DNA of 64,000 bases from the human T2T-CHM13v2.0 reference genome, Homo sapiens, in assembly GCF_009914755.1 (NCBI RefSeq), contig NC_060932.1; one strand, 5' to 3'. The first letter of the stretch is position 1. The number at the start of each line of letters is the position of its first letter. Shown piece after piece: positions 42,121-64,000 of the stretch. The notes under the pieces are model-generated. The model did no database searches. It worked only from the letters and a program-made list of their open reading frames with translations, and was not told the DNA's origin. The position numbers were made by a program, and so were the translations under genes.

Positions 42121-44379
42121 GATCTGAATTGTAGTTTGAAAAATGGCCATGTGCTGTTCTCTTTCCCTTTTAGAGAACTTGAATCCGTTTCTCCACTTTT
42201 GGGCAGACTTGCCAAAAAACATTGGGCCTTTTTAGAATGGTGTTGTCCTCTTTACTTCTTCATGCAAAATGATACCAGAGCTCTACCATTTACCCTTTCT
42301 AATCACTAATTAAAACTAGAGGATTTTTAAAAATCCGATAATTCAGTCTTTCACAAGAATTTCAATTCACAGTTGTTGTCGGGCTAATAGAGTTTACCAT
42401 TTCCACAGGCCAGTGTGTTGGAGCTCTGTTGGTGTGGGGAGAGCAGTAGCTCCCTCGTAATTGGATTGACAAAGCATTTTTCTTCTAATCTGTTATTTAT
42501 TGTGACCCTAAAAGGAAATGATTCATCTTAGGAACAACTGACTTATTTTGAGAATTTAGAATTTGCAAAATTAACAGGAAAATCACTTTTCTGCTTGTAA
42601 GTTTTCAGCAACATGGTGCTATTCACTCAAAGTCAGTCACTTTAAAATCAGTGATTTACTCTGACAAGGGTTACATTTATATTTTGTTGTGACTGTCTTT
42701 TTGTTCTTTTCCTTTTTGGAAATGTTTCTTAGATCACAAACATACAGTTTTTTTTTCTTTTTTTGTTTTGTTTTGCGCTGTTTTTGTTTTACTGCAGTGA
42801 TACTCTGTCATTTTTTAAGGATTTGACGTTTTTATTAATAGCTTCATAGCTCACCTGACATTACAGATTATTTGTTTATTTTGAGTGATTGATTTGGCTT
42901 CTCCCAGTTGGAGGTCAATCTTAGGAGTCACAATTGCTGTGACAGTTGTATCCATCCTACCCTTTTTCCTATAGCTTTACATTTTAAAGCTACTGAGATA
43001 GAATCAACAAACAGTGTAAATCAGTATAAATGCTAGAGTGATTATAAGAGCACCATCAAGCATAAACAGAAGGAGAAAATTTTACATCAACTCTGAGGAG
43101 TCTAGAGAAATGAGGGATTTTTTAAAGTACTCAGAAAAAGTGGGAAATGGAGACAGTGGAGCGGAGGAGATTGCGGGAGCAGCTGGCGGGTGGGCAGTCC
43201 CTCTGGTGCAAGTGTCTTGATGTTCGCCTCATTCATCCTTTGCCTCTGGGCTGTATTTTAGCCATTTTAGACAGAAAAGTCTCTCCCTACCCTAGTATTT
43301 TTTTAGTGAGAAAGCACCCACAACTTTCTTCATACTGCTTTGTGTTGTTTCTCACAGGCTTTATAATTGTTGCTCTTTTTCCCAGAGACAGGACAGCCAA
43401 TTGTCATTTATACAGTGTCCATGTCTGTGGATGACTAATCACCACCCAAGTTCCTGTGTGACTTACCGCTGGTACAACTTAGTGTTGTGATTGTTTCTTA
43501 AATTACAACACTGACGATGAATAACTTAGATTATGGCTGCCTATGATCTATAACGATAATAACAGGTAATATTTACTAAGCACCTGTTTGTCTCAGGCAT
43601 TGTGCTGGGTGTCTTAAATATGCTTTCTTACTTTATGAAAGTTTTACAGATGAGGGAACTCAGACTCAAGACCCTGGCTGCCTGACTCCAAAGCCTCCAT
43701 ACCTAGTCCATACCCTCTTTCTTGCCAATTTATCTTCTACTATGTTTGCACAATATTTATTCCTTTTCCTGTCTTCCTCTCACAGGATGTTTTTTCTCCT
43801 AAATGACTTACCCTAAGTTTGTTCTTACTGAATTTAATGAGTATTTATATTACCTTGACTCTAACTTAATATCCTACTAGTTGACAACATTGGGTCCCAC
43901 TGAGTCTGTTACAGTTTGCTCACTGCCCATGTATGTCACCTGTCAGAAAGCAAAGTCTGTCGTAGACCTCTGAAGTCCTTTCCAATTAGTTTTCCCAAGA
44001 GTGAGCACTTTAGTGTATCTGTAATACCTGCCAATCCTCAAACAATATTAGAAGAGGGTGGAGGGTTGAGGGGGAAGCCACATCAGGATTCCCCAGGAAT
44101 TCTGTCAAAGTAGACCTGATCTTGTTTCTGTACCTCTCAGACTGTGCTATAATCTCAAGCTCACCCTGTCCCTGCATCCCACAGCTGTATATATTCAGCA
44201 ATTAGACTTTGATTAAAATGTTAACTATCTCAATCCCTGAAGTGGGAGAAAGAAGGTAGAGGCAATTCACATTGATAGAATACCTGCAATATGCAGGGAC
44301 TCTGCTAGGCACACTTAAGTCTTTTAAACAACCCCATGAGGTAGGCATTATAATCCTCATTTATTTTGTAGATGAACTT

Positions 44380-49620
<5,241 letters not shown>

Positions 49621-50189
49621 TTTTCTAGATGTACTTTTTTCATAAATATTTTCTTATATTTATGTTGCTTACATACTGCATACTTTAACAGTTACATTAC
49701 TATTTTTGCTCACCTATTCCCCATTGAGAGAATTTAGCTGTTTTTAAACCATTCCAAAGAACATCTTGGTACATACTGGATTGTGTTTTATGATGTTTAC
49801 AATGGCTTCCGCCTAGTTGGCTTACAGTATTGTTTGATGAAATAATCTCAAAAATGACTAAGATGGATAGTTGAAATAATCTTTTAGTTGAATACATATT
49901 TCCATTTTGCTTTCTGAAAAGAGTGAACAGTATTGTGGTATTACTAGTAATGTGTTTATGGACCTGTGTCCCCATATTGAATGTGGATTTTTCAGGTAAT
50001 TTATTCTTTTGTTACTCAAAACCACTCAGATTTTTTTACCTTGATGTGAAAAAGTTATAGCTTTAATTAAATTTTTACTGTGATCCTTTCTAAATTATAA
50101 ACCTATAATTTCTTATAATTTAAGTAAAAGCATTTCTTATTAAACTGTTTGGCTGTTTGGATTCTAAACACTCATTGTCTTGTTTTCTC

Positions 50190-52205
<2,016 letters not shown>

Positions 52206-52476
52206 TCAGAGAAATTAATATGCATAAGTACATTGGTTCTAAAATATGTGCCCACCCAAACACTGTGTTAGAAGTCATCATTCGAAATTTCAAGCAATAC
52301 CAAAAATAATCAGAAAAGTAAGCTGCCACTCATGACATTAGGCCACTACTATACTACTACTGCTATAACATGAGACTTGATTTTGCTAATTATACTTTCT
52401 AACTAATATGACAACCTAGGGAAAAAAGGCATACGTAACTCACCACTTGGAAAATTAATGTACATTTCATTTCTAG

Positions 52477-52564
52477 GCTGGTGAATCAAAGACTTCTGGA
52501 AGTACAGTCACAAGTTGAAGAATTACAAAAATCTTTACAGGATCAAGGCTCAAAAGCAGAAGAT
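52477..52564 (+). CDS. HOOK3: HOOK3 exon 16 (88 nt): (R)LVNQRLLEVQSQVEELQKSLQDQGSKAED
   Basis: catttctag|GCTGGT...GAAGAT|gtaagt; ends in phase 0. Confidence 0.97.
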
Positions 52565-54791
52565 GTAAGTTTTAATATGTACCAACGATGGTCCATCAGT
52601 TTCACAATGTTGAGAAATAACTTTTATTTTTTATTTGATGTTTTTTGTCAAAATAATTTAGTATTATATTGGTTATAGAAAAGAAATAGTGTTTTCCTTT
52701 TTACTAACATTCCTTATAAAAAGGACCAGATAGTACTTTATTGTCTCTTCAGATTCGCTCTGCTGGGAATTAGAAGTTCATTTCTAGTTACCAACTGAAG
52801 AATTAATTGAGGCTTTATGTTTTAAATGTGCTCAACTCAGTGTTCAAAGATGAAGTGTAGGGTTTTTCCCCTTTGGCCAAAAAAAAAATTGCTAGTGGGA
52901 ATTTGGAGTGTTCAAGTAGAAATTTTTAATGTAACAGTGACTTTAAGAAAATACTGCCGTCCCTAGTATTGCATTTTCTCTAAATCTCTGAATCCCTCTT
53001 ACTCCTTCTGTTCCCCGACACTGGCCCTTTTTTGCACATCCCCCAGCACTCTGCGTCTCTGTCACAGCTCTGCACACTTGCACTAGAATAGTGTAAATGT
53101 ATTAGCCAAGGACTGCCTTTCTTCACACCTGCGTGTTAACCTTCTATCACAGTACTCAGGTAGCACATAGTCGTCTATCTCCGGCAAAAGTGTAAGTAAG
53201 TCAAATTTTGCAAATCCTTTATGTTTAATGAACAGTAAACAACCGAGCTAAGACTTAGAGTGTTCAAAAATAGTGTAAAGAGGAGAAAAAACAAAATTTT
53301 GGTGATCAGTCTTTGCTTCAACCAGATGTTTTGTTTTTTTCCTGTTACCAATGTAATTTGCTGTAAACTCTGGCATTTGAGCATAAACGTTTGTTTCCAT
53401 TGATAGAGTCATTTTGGAGGATTAACTTCAAAACTATAGATGTAGCCAATTCCATTTCGCCTTATTAACATAAGAGGATATAAAAACAAAAGGAACCGAA
53501 GAAAGGGAGTTAAGTATGTTACTTAAAACTTGTGAATACTAGATATAGAAAGCTCATCCATGGCCTAGCTTAATGAGTTTCTCCAGACATCATCTCATGT
53601 ATATTGGCAACATGTCCTTCATTCTAACATGGGTGATGTTAGCTCATCCCTTAATCAATGTGTTGGCAGTCCTTGTTAGATTCCCAGATTGATTTCTGAT
53701 TCCTAAAACTGTCACCAACATTTAAACTTCCTTATGCCCTTATTAAAATTTAAAACATGTTTTTATTCAAAATGCGAAATCACAAAGAGGTGAAACAAAA
53801 CTACCATTAGTGTATTGAAATATTATTAAGCCTAATTAAGTATCTTAGAGATGAACTGAATGGGGCAACATTTCTTAATTCAGTGAAATCACTAGGTCCT
53901 TTAAACTGAGAAAAACGTAAAATCCATTCTGGTCTCTAAAAGTCTGAGGAGACTTTTATTGATTTGTTATGGGAGTGAGGGAAGGGCATGTGGTACATAG
54001 GAAGTAAAAATGGTGAAATATCAGAATCAGCTTAAACTTCAGTGTTACAATGATGGCCATTGTGCATGGTTCTCTTACATTAAAACATAAATAAAAGCAT
54101 TTATTCTTCAAAAGATAATTTGGCATAGCTTGATTAGGTATCGCTATGGTAATCAAATCTAATTAAATATGCTGTGGGCCATTACTTTAACAGAACGTAT
54201 TTCAGAAGTGAGATGCTAGCCCTGTCAAGTACTATTTACATAAACTAGTCCATTTATTTGACTGTCCAGATGCCAATGTCTTGCTGTAAACTAAGCAGAA
54301 CTTTGCTCTGAGTTCTTTTCTATATGTAGAAAAGATTCAGATAGCTGAAACTGTGCCTCCAAATGGCTTAGAGAAATAAGTAGTACAATACAGGATATAT
54401 GGTTCTTGCCCCAGCAAATATTTTTATGTTTTTGTCTTACCTTTCTCTTTCTCTAACTTAAAGTGTTGCATCTCGGGAATGTGCAACACATAAAGCAACC
54501 TGCCAAAGGAAGTGGTCCCCTCTGGAGAAGAACAACATAATTTCTGCCAGCTTCTGTTATCAAAAGCACAGTCCTTTCATGTGATCTTAAGTCGGAGTAG
54601 AAGGGGTTGCACATTTTTATTATTATTTTTATGTAATTTGTTTTTAGCATGGAAGCAGAAAAACATTGTTATATCCAGCCATATGGATAATTTGAGCTAG
54701 CCACAATATATAAAACTTCAGAGAACAAGACAGGATGAGGAGACGGTAGAAAAAAGAAAAATGTACATTTCTTTTAAAAGTGCATATCTTG

Positions 54792-55088
<297 letters not shown>

Positions 55089-55197
55089 TTATCTTTTACT
55101 TCTGTTCATGAATTACTAAATCGTTGCTTCTCTTGGCTGCTGTGTTTGCTTCATACTAATTTGTCCTCTCTGTCTCTTGGCATGGTTTCTGCTCAAG

Positions 55198-55203
55198 GCT
55201 ATT
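55198..55203 (+). CDS. HOOK3: Candidate alternative 6-nt microexon (GCT ATT = Ala-Ile) between exons 16 and 17
   Basis: TACTAAT branch site at 55154-55160; pyrimidine tract; TGC at 55190; ~110-nt AG-free zone; ctcaag|GCTATT|gtaagt; phase 0-0; matches the recalled HOOK2 'TED-AI-SILLK' optional dipeptide. Confidence 0.8.
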
Positions 55204-55908
55204 GTAAGTATGGCTTCCTTTTCATTTTTATATAGTGAGCAGTTTTTGGATTTAGACTGCCATCATAGTTGATGGTGTGGAAAATTTTATTAAGGTAGTT
55301 TTGTGCAAAACGAATATCTGGATTACTTGCCTCATAGGTTTAAGACCTTTACAATTAAGATACTCAAAGGATATCGAGCTCTTAAAGAGTCAGCCAACAA
55401 GAAGTCTGCTCTTGGTTTTATTCCCCATTCCACTCCTGTTCCATCCCATTATTATAATTAATTCACTTATATAAATTATCTTGATACAGTCTATCCCCCT
55501 CCTGCCCCATGCTTTGGTAGGAACAGTCTTCAGTTTGGAGAGGCACTGCAGCATAGGAAGCATAGAGGTGAAGGACATGCATGGACTCTGGGGTCTGGCA
55601 GACCTGGGTTTTGGATCTGCCACTTAAAAGCTACTAAATGTTCTCCAGCCTGCCCTTCCTCAACTGTAAGATGGGGCTATTGTTACACAGGCTGTGAGGT
55701 TTACATATGACAGTGTCTATGACATGATTTAGAGCATTGTTTGGCATATTAACCATCCATTTAACTATGTTACTACATATCTTCTCAGAGTTAAAGTTTT
55801 GCTAGAGTCTAATCAAAACATAAGCACAGAATTAAAGTTTCTAAAATGTATTTACATTTTACCCCTGTGCTAAAGAAGGAATGAGCAATAATCGAAAGTT
55901 AATAGAGT

Positions 55909-56030
55909 TGGCCGGGCACAGTGGCTCACACCTGTAATCCCAGCACTTTGGGAGGCCGAGGTGGGAGGAGGATCACTGAGGCCCACAAGTTTGAGACCAA
56001 CCTGGGCAACAAAGTGAGATCCTGTCTCTA
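55909..56030 (+). mobile_element. FLAM/Alu left monomer
   Basis: ggccgggcacagtgg...caacaaagtgagatcctgtctcta; TSD-like aaagttaatagagtt / aaaggtaacagggtt. Confidence 0.85.
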
Positions 56031-57033
56031 TTTTTTTTTTTTTAATTTTTTATAAAACAAAGGTAACAGGGTTATCTTTTTGTATATTTGGGAAGCGGTG
56101 ATAGAGGACATGTGGATCTACTGAGGTAACTATAGTTAACATATTGAGGAAAGAAGTGAAATTTGAAGTATTATAGAGCTGTGTTAGAATGGAAGTGAAT
56201 ACAAAATTGTGGTAATTATTATCAAAAGAACTTAGTGTGAGGGTTCCTTTTCCCTTATCACTGGCATTGATTGGACAATTTGTTTTATAAGCCTATATTA
56301 ATTGGGTTTTGACTGAATTAATTATATAACCATTTATCTCAAAATGAAATGTTCCATAAAATTTATTAATAGTATATACTGTATAAGTGTTAAATTATGA
56401 AATTTAGTGGTCTTATAGAGAATGTCTTTATTGTTTATTTTTAGGTCAATTTTGATCTCCTGCTTTTCAGGAGACTTTTTTTTTTTTTACCCAGTGAAAG
56501 CTACATTCTCCAACATATTAAAGGCTGTGCATCTGCCATCCTTCACATTCCCATACCACTGCATAAATTATTTGTAACCTGTGCATTTTCATAAGTCACT
56601 GATTAAGTCAGACATATTTATAGAAGCTGGCCCAATACTTTATCATGACTCAAGGAAAATAGTATAGCAGATAAGTGTCTTAAAGGAAGTCTATTATTAC
56701 TAGGGTCCTGTCTGCCTGCCAAATCCAGGAATATTAGGTCTATAATTAAGTGACTTTTTCATTCCTATTTTATTCATCTGCCCGACTATAAATAGAGAAT
56801 TCATATATATCCAGGTTGTGGGTATTTCATACTGATTGTCATCCCTTAGGGGCTGTGCTCTCCCTTTATTAAAGAGATTTAAACTGGGGTACATTGTGTG
56901 TTTTCAGCTCTTTGACCAAACAAATTACTGAAAGCTCACTCAAAATTAATGACTATTGTACTTTTAACTTAAAAGAAAATACTATTTTAGTTAAAATGTG
57001 AGGTAATAAACTAATTTTGTTTTTCATTTTTAG

Positions 57034-57068
57034 TCAGTCCTTCTAAAAAAGAAGCTTGAAGAACATCT
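57034..57068 (+). CDS. HOOK3: HOOK3 exon 17 (35 nt): SVLLKKKLEEH(L)
   Basis: catttttag|TCAGTC...ACATCT|gtaagt. Confidence 0.96.
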
Positions 57069-57335
57069 GTAAGTATAAAAGCTGTTGAGGCTGATTCTTC
57101 TATAGTGGAACACATGTGCTTTGTGTTAGGTAGTTACGGTGTGTCTGGGCGTTGGCACAGGTGGCCCTTGAAGAAATAGAAAATTATAATACATATTATG
57201 AGAGTCTGAAGGGTCACTTCTCCCCAAGGTTCTCAGGTCAGAATGATGACTGCTTTAGAACTGCCTTCTCAAGTGAGACTTCAGGGTTTTCTGTCTTTGT
57301 GATAATCATAGTTAGGAGTTTGAGACACTCTAGAT

Positions 57336-57555
57336 CATGGGTCAGACACCTCTTTCTATAAGGGGTCAGATAGTAATTGCTTTTTAGGAGTTGAAAGCTG
57401 GTCTCTGTCACAGCCACTCAGCTCTGCAGTTGTAGCTTGAAAACAGCCATAGACAATACATCAATTAATGGTTGTGACCATGTTGTAGTAAAACTTTATA
57501 GATACGAACAGGCAGCAGTCTGGTTTTGGCCCATGGGCTATAGCTTGCCAGCTCT
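57336..57555. mobile_element. MER58A hAT MITE
   Basis: ctctgtcacagccactcagctctgc...cagccatagacaata...tggcccatgggctatagcttgcc. Confidence 0.8.
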
Positions 57556-57654
57556 AAAGTATTGCCAGCTTAATCTATTTATTTAAAAATAAAAGTTAAG
57601 AGACAAGGTCTTTTAAAAAAGAGACCCTGTCTTTAAGAGACTTTAAGGTCTTTA

Positions 57655-57770
57655 AGAGGCAGGGTCACTATGTTTCCCAGGCTGGACTTGAACTCCTGGT
57701 CTCAAGTGATCCTCCTGCTGCAGCCTTCTGAGTAGCTGGCATTACAAGTACATGCCAGCACACCCAGTCT
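57655..57770 (-). mobile_element. FLAM
   Basis: gggtcactatgtttcccaggctggacttgaactcctgg. Confidence 0.8.
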
Positions 57771-58509
57771 AATCTTCTTTCTTAAGTAAATTTTTTAAAG
57801 TCTATAAAAGCTTGTCAGTAGATTTTCAAATATTTCCTGGAATTACAAACAAGGACTTTGTGGTATAAAAGATGAAGTAAATTTTAAAATATTCACATAT
57901 TTTTTTTCATGAAGAAGAAGTCTTCTCTCTTTATCTTTAACTGAGGTTGACCATATTAGAGATGTTTCATAATTTTTCTTGCACCCAGTAACAACCTTAA
58001 TCCTTCTCATCCTTTTCTAGCAAAACTCCGGGCAAGCATTGAATTAGTGACTGTGAATTAATAGCCTGTTAAAGTGTTACAACTTTACACTGTGCTAAAC
58101 CAGACATCCTCAGTACCACAAAGATAATTTGGATTTATTCTACTAGGATGCGAAAGAAATTCTCTTCTGGCAATTTGCCTCATGCTATCCAGTTTGTGTT
58201 TTTGTGTTTTAAATGATAAATGTGGGAGACACAAGATACTCCTGGCGACAGATTTGCTAGCAATTCAAGCAGTGGGCAGATTCTTAATGTACTAGAACAG
58301 AAAATATTACTTTTGCCTTTTGTGAGATTACCTGCAATGAGAGTTTAGTACTGAATTCTGTCCTTTAAAAAAAAAATTCTCATTCCTTTATGGCAAAAAA
58401 TATAATACCTGTCATTTCATAGAACTACCAACTGACCATTATTCTGTGCGCAGTCATTTACATGGTGAAAAATCTTCATCAGAAAGGATTTATTAGTGAA
58501 GATGGAGCC

Positions 58510-58956
58510 TGTATTAGTTCTTATAGCTACCATGTCAAATTACCATACACTAGGTGGTTTATGGCAGCATAAATTTATTCTCTCATAGTTCTGGAGGCTA
58601 GAAGAACCAAGGTGGCAGCAGGCTGGTTCCTTCTTGAGGTTTGGAGGGACAATCTGCTCTGTGATCCTTCTTGTGGCTGGTAACCGCCAGCAGTCCTGAT
58701 GTTTTTGGTTGTAGACAGATCACTCCAGTCTCTTTCTCCACCTTCACATGTCATTCTTTTCTCTGTATGTCTGTGTCTAATGACCTTCTTATAAGGATGC
58801 CAATCATTGGATTTAGGGCCTTCCCTGATCCAGCGTGCCCTCATCTTAGCTACTTACACCTGTAAACACCCAATTTCCAAATACTGTCACATTCATATAT
58901 CCTAGGAGTTAAAACTCCAATTTTTCTTTTTAGGAGACACAATTCAGCCCACCACA
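58510..58956 (-). mobile_element. MLT1 (MaLR) solo LTR
   Basis: tgtattagtt...aaatttattctctcatagttctggaggctagaag...gacacaattcagcccaccaca; flanking direct repeat ggagcc. Confidence 0.85.
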
Positions 58957-59011
58957 GGAGCCACAGATATCTCCAAATATGGCCAGCCTCATGCATATTT
59001 AAAATGACAGT

Positions 59012-62213
<3,202 letters not shown>

Positions 62214-62777
62214 TAGGTGACCCGGATCGGTTCTTCATTCTTCCTCCCAGTAGATTGACCACAAAACTAGCCACACAGCTGATCTGTATCACCTTCCACT
62301 CATTTTAACATCAGTGTACGTAACAGAATCGTACATTGTTACCGCTTTGACTTCCTTTGTTCGACATTCTGTGAGATCTATTCATGTGGTTGAGTATATC
62401 ATTAGTTCATTTTTTTATTGATAGGTAGTGTTCTATTTGTTAATTCTTATTTTTAGAACTTCATTTTTTTGCAACAAGATTTTGCATGGTAAAACCTTTG
62501 CAAAGTTATCTAAATATTCCTAGAAAAAATGTATACCCTCTCTTTATGCAGGTCTATCTAAACTAAATGACTACTTTTTCAAACAGAGGAATTTTTTTGT
62601 CTTTATTTTTTACTTATTTTTTAAATATATTAAATTTGTGTTTTGTCTTTTCATATATGTTTCATATCACTTGCATGCAATGCAAGTGTAATCCAAATAT
62701 AAGGAACTCAGATCTTTAATTTGAACTGGAAAAAATTACAGAAGCAGTAGTAGGTGATGTTTACCTGTTTGTTACAG

Positions 62778-62860
62778 AGAGAAGCTGCATGAGGCCAATA
62801 ATGAACTACAGAAGAAGAGAGCCATTATTGAAGATCTCGAGCCAAGATTTAACAACAGCT
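62778..62860 (+). CDS. HOOK3: HOOK3 exon 18 (83 nt): (L)EKLHEANNELQKKRAIIEDLEPRFNNS(S)
   Basis: ttgttacag|AGAGAAG...ACAGCT|gtgagt. Confidence 0.97.
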
Positions 62861-62944
62861 GTGAGTTTTCCTAATTAGGATAGTTTTTAAGTGGGCTTGC
62901 TGTATACTGCCATAGTGATAGTGAGTTTACATAATTTTTAATTA

Positions 62945-63889
<945 letters not shown>

Positions 63890-63919
63890 TAAATTTTTAT
63901 TTAAGAAATAGGCTCTATT

Positions 63920-64000
63920 GGCTGGGTATGGTAGCTCATGCCTGTAATCCTAGCAATTTGGCAGGCCAAGGTAGGAGGATTGCTTGAGCCCAGGAGTTCA
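63920..64000 (+). mobile_element. AluJ/FLAM start (runs off the window)
   Basis: ggctgggtatggtagctcatgcctgtaatcc. Confidence 0.85.

Noticed and set aside
43150-43215. Small GC-rich patch with CTCF-like gtccctctggtgc
   Set aside because: Mismatches at core positions and too short to support without ChIP data.

Overview
This window is primate genomic DNA, almost certainly human (it contains an AluYa5). It lies entirely inside the HOOK3 gene (Hook microtubule-tethering protein 3, a dynein/KIF1C cargo adaptor, 8p11.21) on the + strand. Thirteen GT-AG coding exons (exons 6-18 by recalled numbering, 1338 nt in total, about residues 134-580) splice into one open frame. The introns are very Alu-rich and also carry L1, L2, MIR, LTR (MER21, MST, MLT1) and DNA-transposon (MER8, MER58, Tigger4, Charlie1, MER5) relics, a Y1-RNA pseudogene and a FAM. 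Almost all ORFs in the supplied track are Alu or L1 artefacts. I see no prokaryote-style novel system. The best second-look items are: (1) a 6-nt in-frame microexon (GCTATT = Ala-Ile) in intron 16 with SRRM4-type architecture; (2) candidate poison or terminal exons in introns 5, 15 and 16; (3) an intragenic CpG/CCAAT-rich promoter-like island in intron 13; (4) an inverted Alu pair bracketing exons 7-9 (circRNA prediction); (5) a 28-nt templated insertion into an Alu, a possible L1 3' transduction, and nested palindromes. Repeat boundaries and subfamily calls were made by eye and are approximate.
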